A stretch of DNA of 64,000 nucleotides from Candidatus Poribacteria bacterium (GTDB taxonomy: Bacteria > Poribacteria > WGA-4E > WGA-3G). The stretch covers positions 2,624,001 to 2,688,000 of the forward strand of contig CBDANF010000003.1 of the NCBI GenBank assembly GCA_965197475.1, written 5' to 3'. Shown in pieces: positions 20,654 to 30,591 of this stretch. The stretch's first letter is position 1. Every line of letters begins with the position of its first letter. A program made the translations under genes and the position numbers. The notes beneath the pieces were generated by a model, which was given only the letters and a program-made list of their open reading frames with translations, was not told the origin of the DNA and did no database searches.

Positions 20654-21508
20654 ATGTTTAAAAATCTAAGTACTGGTGCAATCGGTATCCATGCAAACAT
20701 GAAAGAAGGTTTAGCATTAGCAAAAAACTCTGGATTTGATGGGCTTGACCTAAATATTGGTGAAGCAAATCAACTTGCTCAAGAACATTCTGTTGACTAT
20801 GTGAAAGAGTTGTGGGCAGAGTCAGGTATTGCGATGGGCGGTTGGGGATTCGGCGTTAACTGGCGCGGTTCTGATGCAGATTATTATGCAGGATTAGCAC
20901 AATTACCGGCACGTGCAGAACTTGCTGCTGAACTCGGATGCTTCCGCACAACGACCGTTGTGGGACCCGCTTCAAACGATATGACATATCAGCAGAATTG
21001 GGATTTCTCTGTCAAACGGCTCCGTCCTGTCGCAGAAATTCTCAAAGCACACGGCCATTCAATAGGTCTTGAGTTTATTGGACCGGCGACAAGTCGGAAG
21101 TCTGCTAAACACCTCTTTGCCTATTCAATGGATGCCATGTTAGGACTAGCTGCCTCAGTCGGTACGGGGAATGTTGGGCTACTCTTTGATACATGGCACT
21201 GGTACACTTGTCGCTCCACCGTTGACGATGTGCGAAAACTTTCCGCATCAGATGTTGTTTATGTCCACATCAATGATGCCCCAGCAGGTATTGATCCGGA
21301 TGAACAGATTGATAATATCCGTTGTCTGCCCGCAGAGACTGGTGTTATCCCACTCACAGAATTGATACAAATTCTGGACAACATCGGCTATAAGGGACCT
21401 GTGACCCCCGAACCGTTCAGCAAAAAGGTGAACGAAATGGAACCCGCCGATGCCGCGAAAACCACCGCGGAATCACTTAATCAGGTGTGGGAAAACGCGG
21501 GACTATAA
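20654..21508 (+). CDS. Sugar phosphate isomerase/epimerase (xylose isomerase-like TIM barrel)
   Basis: GLEF, LLFDTWHWY, YVHINDA, R.LP.ETG and GY.GP..PEPF motifs. Confidence 0.88.
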   Translation: MFKNLSTGAIGIHANMKEGLALAKNSGFDGLDLNIGEANQLAQEHSVDYVKELWAESGIAMGGWGFGVNWRGSDADYYAGLAQLPARAELAAELGCFRTTTVVGPASNDMTYQQNWDFSVKRLRPVAEILKAHGHSIGLEFIGPATSRKSAKHLFAYSMDAMLGLAASVGTGNVGLLFDTWHWYTCRSTVDDVRKLSASDVVYVHINDAPAGIDPDEQIDNIRCLPAETGVIPLTELIQILDNIGYKGPVTPEPFSKKVNEMEPADAAKTTAESLNQVWENAGL

Positions 21509-21536
21509 CGAAACCCGTTTCACGGAAGGAACAAAA

Positions 21537-22352
21537 GTGCAACTTATTAACAAAGAGAGTATTCTCGCGATAACATATTTATGGGAAGGGGATAGGTTCC
21601 CTGATGGACGACCTCGCGTTCCCGATGATATTCTTCAACGGATGAAGGCAATCACCATTGAGCAGGCGTGGGGTGTTCTCAATGGTAACGGTTATAAGTT
21701 TCAGTTCGCCGGCGATTGGATGAATCTGCATCCTAAACGTGTTCTCGTTGGTAGGGCAGTGACATGCGCGTTTGTCCCGATTCGTCCGGATTTCAACGAT
21801 GCCGTCTCTGCACAAGGTGAAAAAGATGGTCGCGTCGGCGGGCAAAACTCTTGGGTGATTGATACCCTTGTCCGTGACGATGTTATCGTAGTTGACCTCT
21901 TTGGCAAAGTCAAGGATGGTACTTTCGCTGGTGATAACTTGGGCAATTCTATCTATGCGAAAACTGGAACAGGAATGGTTATTGACGGTGGAATCCGAGA
22001 CCTTGATGGAATCTATGAATTGCCCGATTTCGCCACGTTTGTGCGCGGCGTAGACCCTACCGGCATTGCTAACGTCACACTCACAGGTATTAACATCCCT
22101 ATCCGCATTGCTGAAGCGACCGTTTTGCCGGGTGATATTGTGTTAGGCAGGCGCGGCGGGGTGATCTTTATTCCACCGGACTTCGCGCAGCAGGTGGTTG
22201 AACAGGGAGAGGAAGTTCAACTCCGCGACCGATTTGGACATCAACGTTTGCGAGAAGGAATTTACACACCCGGCGAAATTGATAGAAAATGGTCAGACGA
22301 GATTGAAAAGGATTTCGTTGAGTGGCGCGCTACGCAAAAACAGGTTATTTAG
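21537..22352 (+). CDS. RraA/HMG-aldolase family protein
   Basis: GTG start after ggaagga; LVGRAVT, G.VIDGGIRD and VLPGDIVLG..GGVIFIP motifs. Confidence 0.85.
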   Translation: MQLINKESILAITYLWEGDRFPDGRPRVPDDILQRMKAITIEQAWGVLNGNGYKFQFAGDWMNLHPKRVLVGRAVTCAFVPIRPDFNDAVSAQGEKDGRVGGQNSWVIDTLVRDDVIVVDLFGKVKDGTFAGDNLGNSIYAKTGTGMVIDGGIRDLDGIYELPDFATFVRGVDPTGIANVTLTGINIPIRIAEATVLPGDIVLGRRGGVIFIPPDFAQQVVEQGEEVQLRDRFGHQRLREGIYTPGEIDRKWSDEIEKDFVEWRATQKQVI

Positions 22353-22387
22353 TAGACACTTTTCTAATAACAAAGGTAAGATTTATA

Positions 22388-23098
22388 TTGCGCGATTACA
22401 CTGAAATAATTGATCAATTGAAACAGTTAGACTTGCCGTTGAATTTAATCGGCACGGTTCACAATTACCCTATATACCAACTCCGCCTTGAATCATCAGA
22501 GAATACTCCTAAAAATGTCTTGATTACGGGAGGCATGCACGGAGATGAACCCGCAGGTGTAGAAGCTACGTTGCAGTTCTTAGCACGGAACAACAGCGAC
22601 CTTTTGCAGAGATTTAGTTTTGTTGTAATTCCATGCATCAACCCCTACGGGTATGTACACGAAACACGTGAAAATAAGGATGGTGTAGATATTAACCGCT
22701 CTTTTGAAAGTGAGGAGGTTAGTGAAGTGGCTATCGTCAAACGTGCCATCGGTCAAACGCAATTCACGTTAGCGATAGACTTTCACGAGGACTACGAGGT
22801 GACAGGGTTTTACCTCTATGAAGGCAGGCGGAATGAACAACATATAGGACCGGAGATCGCCGAAGTAGTCAAAACTATCGGGCCTATAGATACCGAAGAT
22901 TCAGGTGAAGATGCCCCTGATATTGCCCAAGGCGTTTACAAAGTTGCTTCAGAATGGGGCACACAAGGTTTAGCACCTTACCTGTTACATTTCCATAGTG
23001 AGCATGTCATCATCACTGAAACACCGACCGTTTGGCCGTTTGAACAACGCGCAGCACTTCATTTAGGTGTTTTGGATACCGCTTTAACATATTACTAA
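22388..23098 (+). CDS. M14 / succinylglutamate desuccinylase-like metallocarboxypeptidase
   Basis: GGMHGDEPAG, PCINPYG, RENKDGVDINRSF and DFHED motifs; start uncertain. Confidence 0.85.
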   Translation: MRDYTEIIDQLKQLDLPLNLIGTVHNYPIYQLRLESSENTPKNVLITGGMHGDEPAGVEATLQFLARNNSDLLQRFSFVVIPCINPYGYVHETRENKDGVDINRSFESEEVSEVAIVKRAIGQTQFTLAIDFHEDYEVTGFYLYEGRRNEQHIGPEIAEVVKTIGPIDTEDSGEDAPDIAQGVYKVASEWGTQGLAPYLLHFHSEHVIITETPTVWPFEQRAALHLGVLDTALTYY

Positions 23099-23108
23099 GG
23101 AAATACAG

Positions 23109-24368
23109 ATGGAAACACAGTCCATATTATCAAATGTGGATACCGCTTCCCGCCCCTCAGAACTCAAAATTACCGAGATGCGAATTGTCCGAACACAAGT
23201 GGGCGGACCTATCTTGAAACTGGATATAAATCAGGGTATACACGGGCTTGGCGAGGTTCGTGATGGTGCGAGTCCAACGTATGCCTTAATGCTCAAAAGC
23301 AGAATTTTGGGTGAAAATCCATGTAACGTTGATAAAATCTTTCGGCAGATAAAACAATTTGGTCACCACGCACGTCAGGGTGGCGGTGTTAGTGGTATTG
23401 AAATGGCATTGATGGACCTTGCGGGGAAAGCCTACGGCGTGCCGTGTTATCAACTTGCAGGTGGAAAATTCCGAGACAAAATCCGATGCTATAGCGATAC
23501 ACCGTCGCTGAAAGATGCCGAAGCGATGGGCAACAAACTTCAAGAACGTATTGACAGAGGATTCACATTTCTCAAGATGGATGTCGGTGTCGGATTACTC
23601 CGCGGCATTCCCGGCACCCTCTCTGCTCCCGATGGACATTTAGATACGCACAATCTGATGCACCCCTTTACCGGTATTCGACTCACGGAAAAAGGCATCG
23701 GTGTACTGTGTGAATATGTTGAAACGGTTCGGAACATTATCGGGTATGAGGTGCCGCTTGCGGTGGATCATTTCGGACATATCGGTATTGAGGATTGTAT
23801 CCGCCTCGCAAGAGCATTAGAGAAGTATAACCTTGCATGGTTAGAGGATATGGTGCCGTGGCAATATACGAATCAATATGTTCGTCTTTCCAATTCCTGT
23901 GCAACACCTATCTGCACAGGCGAGGATATCTACTGCAAAGAGGATTTCATGCCGTTGTTTGAAAACCGTGCAATTGCGGTTTGTCATCCGGATATTGCAA
24001 CATCGGGTGGGATTTTGGAGACGAAGAAGATTGGAGACCTTGCAGAAGAACACGGTATTGCTATGGCTCTGCACATGGCGGGGACTCCTGTTTGCGCGAT
24101 GGCGAGCGTTCACTGCGCTGCGGCTACATCAAACTTTATGATATTGGAAAATCACTCCGTGGATAATCCGTGGTGGGATGAGATGGTAACTGGATTGCCG
24201 AATCCGATTATTCAAGACGGCTATATTAATGTTCCAGAGACACCTGGCTTAGGTATTGAACTCAATGAAGAGGTGATAAGAGAACATCTGCATCCAAACG
24301 AAACAGCATATTTTTCGCCTACAATTGAATGGGATGCTGAACGTTCACATGATAGGTTGTGGAGTTAG
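23109..24368 (+). CDS. Mandelate racemase/muconate lactonizing (enolase superfamily) dehydratase
   Basis: SGIEMALMDLAGKA.GVP.YQL.GG, KMD, and metal ligands D/E/E (VDH, WLED, TGED). Confidence 0.92.
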   Translation: METQSILSNVDTASRPSELKITEMRIVRTQVGGPILKLDINQGIHGLGEVRDGASPTYALMLKSRILGENPCNVDKIFRQIKQFGHHARQGGGVSGIEMALMDLAGKAYGVPCYQLAGGKFRDKIRCYSDTPSLKDAEAMGNKLQERIDRGFTFLKMDVGVGLLRGIPGTLSAPDGHLDTHNLMHPFTGIRLTEKGIGVLCEYVETVRNIIGYEVPLAVDHFGHIGIEDCIRLARALEKYNLAWLEDMVPWQYTNQYVRLSNSCATPICTGEDIYCKEDFMPLFENRAIAVCHPDIATSGGILETKKIGDLAEEHGIAMALHMAGTPVCAMASVHCAAATSNFMILENHSVDNPWWDEMVTGLPNPIIQDGYINVPETPGLGIELNEEVIREHLHPNETAYFSPTIEWDAERSHDRLWS

Positions 24369-24375
24369 GATTGGA

Positions 24376-24864
24376 TTAGGTTAGCAGCTTTGCTAATTCC
24401 CCGCCACAACGTATAGTCTTAATCTCAAATGGCTTTCCGTTGAAATGTACTCTGGATTGACTGTTCCTGAGTCGTTTAATTTCTGCCCTACTCAGATGAT
24501 TGTGGAATAAAACAGGAAAGCATAAAGTTTTAGAACCTATCGGTATATAGGTGGCAGCAAAGGCAGCACCACCTTTTAACTGTTCTACTGCTTTTGCTGC
24601 CTCAGCATTTTTGCCACCTTTAAGTTCTATTGGAACCGCAACGAAGTTTTCTGCAGTATCAAAGAAAAAGAGAATACATTCACACTGATTTTCTCCTTGT
24701 CGTCCATGTGGAAAAACCTTGTCTAAATCCACTACAACTCGATTATTTTCTGATACACCGGTCAAGTCTGCGCTACAATTACCTCTTTTGAACGAATTGG
24801 CGTAAAACAGGTTTTTGCTCCCCACCCGATCTCGAATATCCTGAAGGATTTCACTCCTGTTCAC
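24376..24864 (-). CDS. Hypothetical protein with PD-(D/E)xK-like nuclease motif, partner of the adjacent ATPase
   Basis: VDLD...C(E)CILF...PIELKGG...A.EQL; overlaps the ATPase 3' end by 14 bp. Confidence 0.6.
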   Translation of the reverse strand: MNRSEILQDIRDRVGSKNLFYANSFKRGNCSADLTGVSENNRVVVDLDKVFPHGRQGENQCECILFFFDTAENFVAVPIELKGGKNAEAAKAVEQLKGGAAFAATYIPIGSKTLCFPVLFHNHLSRAEIKRLRNSQSRVHFNGKPFEIKTIRCGGELAKLLT

Positions 24865-26299
24865 TCGCGTTATCTCCCATCTTTTCCCTGAGTGAGGTTC
24901 GGAGGTCCACCGAACGGTTGTAGAGCTCCTCAGCTACCTCTCCATAATCCTGAGGTTCAATACCTTCAATACGATCGAACTTGAGTTCCTCTACTGGCTT
25001 ATCAGTATGGAACCACCACGCGCCTACTTCATCCGCTGTCAACCAAGTAGAAGGTCGTTCTGTTTGATTTTTTCCCAATTTCATTACTTCGCCTTCGCGA
25101 ACCAAGTTGCCAATTTGCTCAAGAAGCCAATCACTATGGGTCGTTATAATTACGCGCACACCAGCTCGCACTAAACGAGCAAGTATAATGGCGATTTCTG
25201 TTTGCGCTCTGGGATGCAAATGGGATTCAGGTTCTTCTATAATGAGTGTGTCTCCCGGTTGAACAACACCACGCAAGTACAGCACGAGTGGTGCGAGTTC
25301 TGATACCATTGATGATGATTGACTCATACGTAATGTCTGTTCTGCATTCTGTGGACGGTAGAGAAATTGGGGATATCCCACTCCAGCAGGCCGTCTGACC
25401 TCAATCTTTCCACGCAGCACATCTTTTTCAAGGAGATTAGTGCTCTCAATCATTTCATTTGAAGATTTATCATATTCTTTGTAGTTAATCAGGTGCGTTA
25501 AAAAATCTGCTGTCATTCCAGTAAGCATAGAAGTTTCAGGGAAGTTCCCTAAACCTACGCGAGTAGCACGATTCACAAGCGAACTGATAATTATTCCATG
25601 GGTTTCCAAAATTCCACCTTTAGCGGCTGGAAGGAAATATGAATTTAGCTCATTATATTTCGGACAACGCAATAACGATCCAAGATCATCTAAGTCCATT
25701 GTTTTCTTAAACACTTCTTCATGCTCAGATTTAAGTACTTTGTCTGTATTGACAGATCCGTCTACATAAACATTAGATTCTGAACTTTGCATCTCAAAGC
25801 ACCAAAGAGATTGATTTTCTTCGCTTACCTTTAGGGATACTGACAGTTCATTGGTATTGTCGTTTGTGAATCGCTTGATATCAAAAAATGAATCAAGATC
25901 GAAACATCTATTAAGCTCGCTAGCAAAAATTTCAGATTCGTTTAGAAAATGATGTATATGGGTACATAACCACTTTGGAAAATCTGCATATTTGAATGTA
26001 CGTCCAAGCGTGTTTAGTTTTTTAAGTGTCTCCAGAGTCTCTTCATCTAATTCGTTCTGAGAACTGAACCTTGATTGTTTTAAAAGCGAAATTGTTGCAT
26101 GTGGTAAAGGTACTCGGGAAAACCCTTCAAAGGTGTTAAATAATGCATAGATGAGCGTGGCAAGATAGGTCTTACCGGTATTGCTTTCACCCACAAACAC
26201 AGTTAGCGGACGCAAATCTATTTCTGCTTTCTCTATCGGTCCAAAATTTTCTACGGCAATGTGGACGTTCAGGGGTTGTGTGTCTTTGTCTTCGCGCAT
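24851..26299 (-). CDS. ABC-type (AAA_15/AAA_21, AbiEii-like) ATPase
   Basis: NFGPI; Walker A GESNTGKT; SSSMVSELAP signature; Walker B IIEEPESHLHP; ITTHS H-loop; RBS ggagg. Confidence 0.9.
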   Translation of the reverse strand: MREDKDTQPLNVHIAVENFGPIEKAEIDLRPLTVFVGESNTGKTYLATLIYALFNTFEGFSRVPLPHATISLLKQSRFSSQNELDEETLETLKKLNTLGRTFKYADFPKWLCTHIHHFLNESEIFASELNRCFDLDSFFDIKRFTNDNTNELSVSLKVSEENQSLWCFEMQSSESNVYVDGSVNTDKVLKSEHEEVFKKTMDLDDLGSLLRCPKYNELNSYFLPAAKGGILETHGIIISSLVNRATRVGLGNFPETSMLTGMTADFLTHLINYKEYDKSSNEMIESTNLLEKDVLRGKIEVRRPAGVGYPQFLYRPQNAEQTLRMSQSSSMVSELAPLVLYLRGVVQPGDTLIIEEPESHLHPRAQTEIAIILARLVRAGVRVIITTHSDWLLEQIGNLVREGEVMKLGKNQTERPSTWLTADEVGAWWFHTDKPVEELKFDRIEGIEPQDYGEVAEELYNRSVDLRTSLREKMGDNASEQE

Positions 26300-26383
26300 T
26301 ACTTATCCTCCCACAGAGATGGAATTTAAATCAATTATACACATCCTCACCATTAATTGCAAGGAATGAATCTGAAATAATAC

Positions 26384-26413
26384 TTGACAAAATGAAAGAC
26401 TATGTGGTATTAT
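26384..26413 (+). promoter_or_regulatory. Sigma70-type promoter for ferredoxin
   Basis: TTGACA-18 bp-TATTAT with TG extended -10. Confidence 0.55.
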
Positions 26414-26492
26414 TTATACAGGTTAGAATAGTCCCAATCGCAATATGAGACGAAATTTGGTATGAATTCAAACGAAAAGGAGGATTTATGCG

Positions 26493-26756
26493 ATGACTTA
26501 TGTTATTTGTGAACCTTGTATTGACCTCAAAGACAACGCGTGTGTTGATGTGTGCCCGGTGGACTGTATTCACCCACATCCGACAGATGCCCCCGACGAA
26601 TACGAAGAAGTGAATCAACTTTTCATTGACCCAGAAGAATGTATAGATTGTGGTGTGTGTGAACCGGAATGTCCCGTTGAAGCAATCTTTATGGAAGAGG
26701 ATGTACCTGAAGAATGGGAACACTTCACACAAATCAATGCAGATTACTTCCTATAA
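26493..26756 (+). CDS. fdxA: Dicluster (7Fe/8Fe-type) ferredoxin
   Basis: MTYVICEPCI..KD.ACVDVCPVDCI...IDPEECIDCGVCEPECPV.AI; strong RBS. Confidence 0.93.
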   Translation: MTYVICEPCIDLKDNACVDVCPVDCIHPHPTDAPDEYEEVNQLFIDPEECIDCGVCEPECPVEAIFMEEDVPEEWEHFTQINADYFL

Positions 26757-26832
26757 TCTCGAAAAAGAGTAAACGGGTTGTTAATTGAAGTATTTGTGTA
26801 TTGTGCTGAATTGACATCCCGTTTGATGTCAA

Positions 26833-27147
26833 ATGCAGGAATTTCAACCTACCGAAATCAAACGTTTACCCCATAGTTTAGCTATTCAATGGAAAGATGG
26901 ACACCGGAGTGAGCATACATATCGGTTACTCCGTGAAAGGTGTCCTTGTGCGCGGTGTGATGCGGCGAGACAAGTCGATGATCCGTTTCGGTTGTTACTG
27001 TCAAAAGATTATTGGGAAAAGCTGCATTTAGTAGGTATTCAGCGTGTTGGTCGTTATGCTGTTCAACTTCAGTGGAGCGATGGTCACAAAACCGGAATTT
27101 ATACCTTCGAATTTTTGCGCGAACTCACTGAATCAAAGGATTCTTAA
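26833..27147 (+). CDS. DUF971 / GBBH-like N-terminal domain protein
   Basis: W.DGH.S...LLRERCPCARC and VGRYA..L.WSDGH.TGIYTFEFLR motifs. Confidence 0.9.
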   Translation: MQEFQPTEIKRLPHSLAIQWKDGHRSEHTYRLLRERCPCARCDAARQVDDPFRLLLSKDYWEKLHLVGIQRVGRYAVQLQWSDGHKTGIYTFEFLRELTESKDS

Positions 27148-27208
27148 CTACTTTTCACATCCCCTCTCAGCTTTACAAACATTGTCCAATCCCCAACAAT
27201 CCTACCAT

Positions 27209-27817
27209 CTATTCTGCTAATAACTGGGAAACTAAATAGCAGTTGGGTGTTTTTTGTAAAGCACCAAGAGACTCACTAAGGTCTTTGCATCTGCGCCAAT
27301 AGTCCGCATATTTCAAAGGTTTAAAGTTTCGACGTTGTCCGATAAAAGTTTTTTTGCAACAAGCTAATTCATTGCCGTTATCAATCGGATAACCCCATAC
27401 ACGACAAATTACCGGTCGGTGTTCATAGACGGAACAAACCCCACCGATAAGCATCGGGCACTCGCCAATAGGTTTTCCTTTCACCACTTCAATTGCTTCC
27501 ATCCCAGAATCTTTCACCATGTTTCCAGGCGAATAGCCATTGTTTTCCAATACCTTGATTGTCCGCTGTGCTTTTTGCCGAATATGTGCGCGTACTTGTT
27601 GTGGAAGTGCGTCCAATCCAGTTTTAAGATCCCGTGCTTCAACCTCACTGATTGGGATTACTGAAGTGTTTAAACAACATTGAAAACAATTCGAGGGACA
27701 AGGAACACGACCGTACTCCTCGCGTAAACGTACTACATCTTGGTTTATCTCCGCAACAAGTTCATGATAAGCCTTCATCACATTTTCAGTCTGTGTTGTC
27801 ATCTCACTTCTCCTCAT
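27209..27817 (-). CDS. YkgJ / CxxCxxCC putative Zn- or Fe-S-binding protein
   Basis: CPSNCFQCC...CPML...CSVYEHRPVICR.WG. Confidence 0.88.
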   Translation of the reverse strand: MRRSEMTTQTENVMKAYHELVAEINQDVVRLREEYGRVPCPSNCFQCCLNTSVIPISEVEARDLKTGLDALPQQVRAHIRQKAQRTIKVLENNGYSPGNMVKDSGMEAIEVVKGKPIGECPMLIGGVCSVYEHRPVICRVWGYPIDNGNELACCKKTFIGQRRNFKPLKYADYWRRCKDLSESLGALQKTPNCYLVSQLLAE

Positions 27818-28736
27818 CTACTACAGAAAACTCGCAGATAGCATGTCGGAACACAACTACTTTAGACCCATTTTTCAACACCATTTTAATTTCATACGGA
27901 CTGATCCAGTCAACTGTACCGTGAAAAATTTCCCCTTCACGAAGAATGATTTCAATTGAATTTCCATCTTTGCGAGCGTGTCGAATTGTTTCAGGATCAA
28001 TGAAAAAGATTTCATCTTGAGAGGGAACAGGTTTGAGTTGCTTCGCCTTGATGTCTTCATTATAAAGCAGCAGCACTATTACGTTTTCAGCATCAACGTC
28101 TTTATAACAATACTTCACCTCAGTTTTCGGAACAATCCTTTCTTTGCCGTTGCAATTGAGTGTTAATCCAGAGAGTGTCATTTCTAAAACGATAGCTGGC
28201 AATTGCACTTGATTATACAATGCAAAAAACATTGGCGTTTCAAAATTGATCTGTTTGAGGATATATAGGTCACCGAAACTCAACTGCCTTGAAGTGTGTT
28301 CCTTTACTTCTGTGACCGTTTTGGTTTGTGCGGGGGTTGCGACGTTTCGAGATTCTACCTTCGATTGTCGTGGTGTATATTTCAAAGCGGTGTCTAATTC
28401 ATCCTTTTCCGGATTATTGGAGGGCGATTCACCTGCATCAAAAAACTGATCTTGATTTTGAGAAGGGGCCCCTGAGTACCCGCGCGGAATAATAGTTTTC
28501 CCTTGTCGCAACCACCGTCGTTCTGTCGGTGTTAGCAACACTTCAACGTTTTTTGCGACTAAACCTTTCTCTCCTTCAACGACGTTATACTTAACCCGTT
28601 GTCCGACACGTAGTTCCTCGTAATCAGCCTGTTTAATTGCAGAACTGTGTAAGAAGACATCCTCTTCACTGCTATCTTGTGCAATAAATCCGAATCCTTT
28701 ATCCAAATTGTAATACTTAATCCGTCCTGTAGGCAT
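27804..28736 (-). CDS. Cold-shock domain protein with two C-terminal Sm/Hfq-like domains
   Basis: N-terminal CSD (KGFGFI RNP1, DVFLHSSAI RNP2); disordered linker; C-terminal ARKDG..IEIIL.EG..F.G.V....YEI....VVFRHAI resembles Hfq Sm1/Sm2 (YKHAI). Confidence 0.75.
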   Translation of the reverse strand: MPTGRIKYYNLDKGFGFIAQDSSEEDVFLHSSAIKQADYEELRVGQRVKYNVVEGEKGLVAKNVEVLLTPTERRWLRQGKTIIPRGYSGAPSQNQDQFFDAGESPSNNPEKDELDTALKYTPRQSKVESRNVATPAQTKTVTEVKEHTSRQLSFGDLYILKQINFETPMFFALYNQVQLPAIVLEMTLSGLTLNCNGKERIVPKTEVKYCYKDVDAENVIVLLLYNEDIKAKQLKPVPSQDEIFFIDPETIRHARKDGNSIEIILREGEIFHGTVDWISPYEIKMVLKNGSKVVVFRHAICEFSVVDEEK

Positions 28737-29119
28737 TATCTGCTCCTGTGGTTTTCCCCCATATTCGGAAGATGCCTATAAGCATTCGCGTGCCTGCGCG
28801 AGCATTTAATTGTGGTTGTCCAAAATTGACAAATAATACGACAACCTCCGTACATGAAATCATCTGTTTGCCACGCAATAAGACCTGACAACAACAGAAT
28901 TGTAAGCAACGAGAATTTGACTCGCAGCTGAATTAGATGTTTCTTTTGACATAACAACACTTTTTCTTTATAATAAAACATAGGACTTTGAATGTTAAGT
29001 TTAAACGTCTATCTTTCTATATTGAATCTCGCTAAAAACAAGAAGACTTTCAAGTCGTATAATAGTACATCATATTCAAATGTATTTGTCAAGGAGCTTT
29101 TTTCAAAGCCATTCAATTT

Positions 29120-29172
29120 TCGCAAACCAGCTTTGTGGGCTTTAAATCTCGCAAACCAGCTTTGTGGGCTTT
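29120..29172 (+). repeat. 24-bp direct duplication within a REP-like element
   Basis: tcgcaaaccagctttgtgggcttt at 29120 and 29149. Confidence 0.85.
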
Positions 29173-29280
29173 CCAAGCCCGATTTTTATGTAAAGAATTT
29201 TACATCTATACCTGCGGGAAGGGTTTCAACCTTAGTACTAACATTTAGAATCCAAAAAGTTTAACATAAGGAGTATTTCA

Positions 29281-30570
29281 ATGGCAACAGATTTAACACA
29301 TCACATTCAATCTATCCGTTTAGTTGATACCCATGAACACATGCGACGTGAAAACGACTGGGTTGAGAACGGACCCGATATCCTGCAGGACCTGTTCGGA
29401 AACTATGTCCCCGCAGACTTGTGCACTGCCGGTGCCTCCTCAGAAGCGATGCACAATCTTATGGATCCATCCCAAGACATCAAACCTCGGTTTGAAGGTA
29501 TACGAAAAGCATGGGAAGCGACACAATTTACTGGATACGGTGAAGCAGTCCGTCTCATCGCAAAACACATCTATGGACTTGACGAACTGACAAGTGATGG
29601 ACTTGCGCAAGCACAAGATAAACTCAAAACAATTCGCACGCCAGGAAAACGCTACCATATCTTACACGATCTTGCGAAGCTCGATCATATTCAAACGGAC
29701 GATTTCAGTTGGCGATGTGCGCCAGACACATCCGGTCCAGACTTTTTCCTATACGACCTTTCATGGGCAACTTTCTGCAATGGACAAGTCAATCCAAGTG
29801 CTATCCACGCAGAAACTGGCGTTGAAGTCAAAGACCTCGCCTCATTGAAAAGCAGCATGGAAGCGATTTTCGCTAAACATGCGCCTAAGGCAATCGCAGT
29901 AAAAGCTCAACACGCATACAATCGTACACTCAAGTGGATTGAACGGAGCGATGCTGAAGCAACCGCCGCCCTCAATGCTGTGCTAACAAAACCCGCCGAA
30001 GAGATTGATAAAGCGACACGCCTCTGTCTTGGCGATTGGTGTTGGGCACGCGGCGTTGAACTCACAATAGAACACAATCTCCCGTTCAAAATTCATACCG
30101 GCTACTATGCGGGTAACGATCGGATGCCGGTGAGTCGTATCCCCGCAGGGAATATGTGTGTATTGTTCGCTCGCTATCTGGACGCAAAGTTTGTTTTAAT
30201 GCACATATCTTATCCCTATAACGATGAATTGGTCGCGCTCGCGAAGCACTATCGCAACATCTGGGTAGATTTTTGCTGGGCATGGAGCATAGACCCGTAT
30301 AGTTCACGTGATTTTCTACGTCGGTGCATTCATGCGGTGCCATCAAATAAGTTATTTGCATTCGGAGGCGACACAGGGTGGCCAACAAGTGCAATGGCTT
30401 ACGCAATTCAAGCACGAAACGAGATTCGACGCGCCCTTGAAGCCGAAATCGCAGAAGGGTATCTTACTGAGAAACAAGCAATGGCGTTTGCTACGCAAAT
30501 TATGCGGACAAATCAGTACGACTGCTTTGATATAAACGGCACCCGTGCTAACATTGCAAAAGTAGCATAA
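29281..30570 (+). CDS. Amidohydrolase-superfamily protein (uronate isomerase-like)
   Basis: DTHEH, KIHTG, VLMH..YPY and FGGD motifs. Confidence 0.85.
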   Translation: MATDLTHHIQSIRLVDTHEHMRRENDWVENGPDILQDLFGNYVPADLCTAGASSEAMHNLMDPSQDIKPRFEGIRKAWEATQFTGYGEAVRLIAKHIYGLDELTSDGLAQAQDKLKTIRTPGKRYHILHDLAKLDHIQTDDFSWRCAPDTSGPDFFLYDLSWATFCNGQVNPSAIHAETGVEVKDLASLKSSMEAIFAKHAPKAIAVKAQHAYNRTLKWIERSDAEATAALNAVLTKPAEEIDKATRLCLGDWCWARGVELTIEHNLPFKIHTGYYAGNDRMPVSRIPAGNMCVLFARYLDAKFVLMHISYPYNDELVALAKHYRNIWVDFCWAWSIDPYSSRDFLRRCIHAVPSNKLFAFGGDTGWPTSAMAYAIQARNEIRRALEAEIAEGYLTEKQAMAFATQIMRTNQYDCFDINGTRANIAKVA

Positions 30571-30591
30571 CACACCAAGTGTTAAACCTAT

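Noticed and set aside
28736-29264. ORFs 28736-28981 (-) and 28992-29264 (+)
   Set aside because: They have no clear RBS or motifs and run through leader and repeat DNA.
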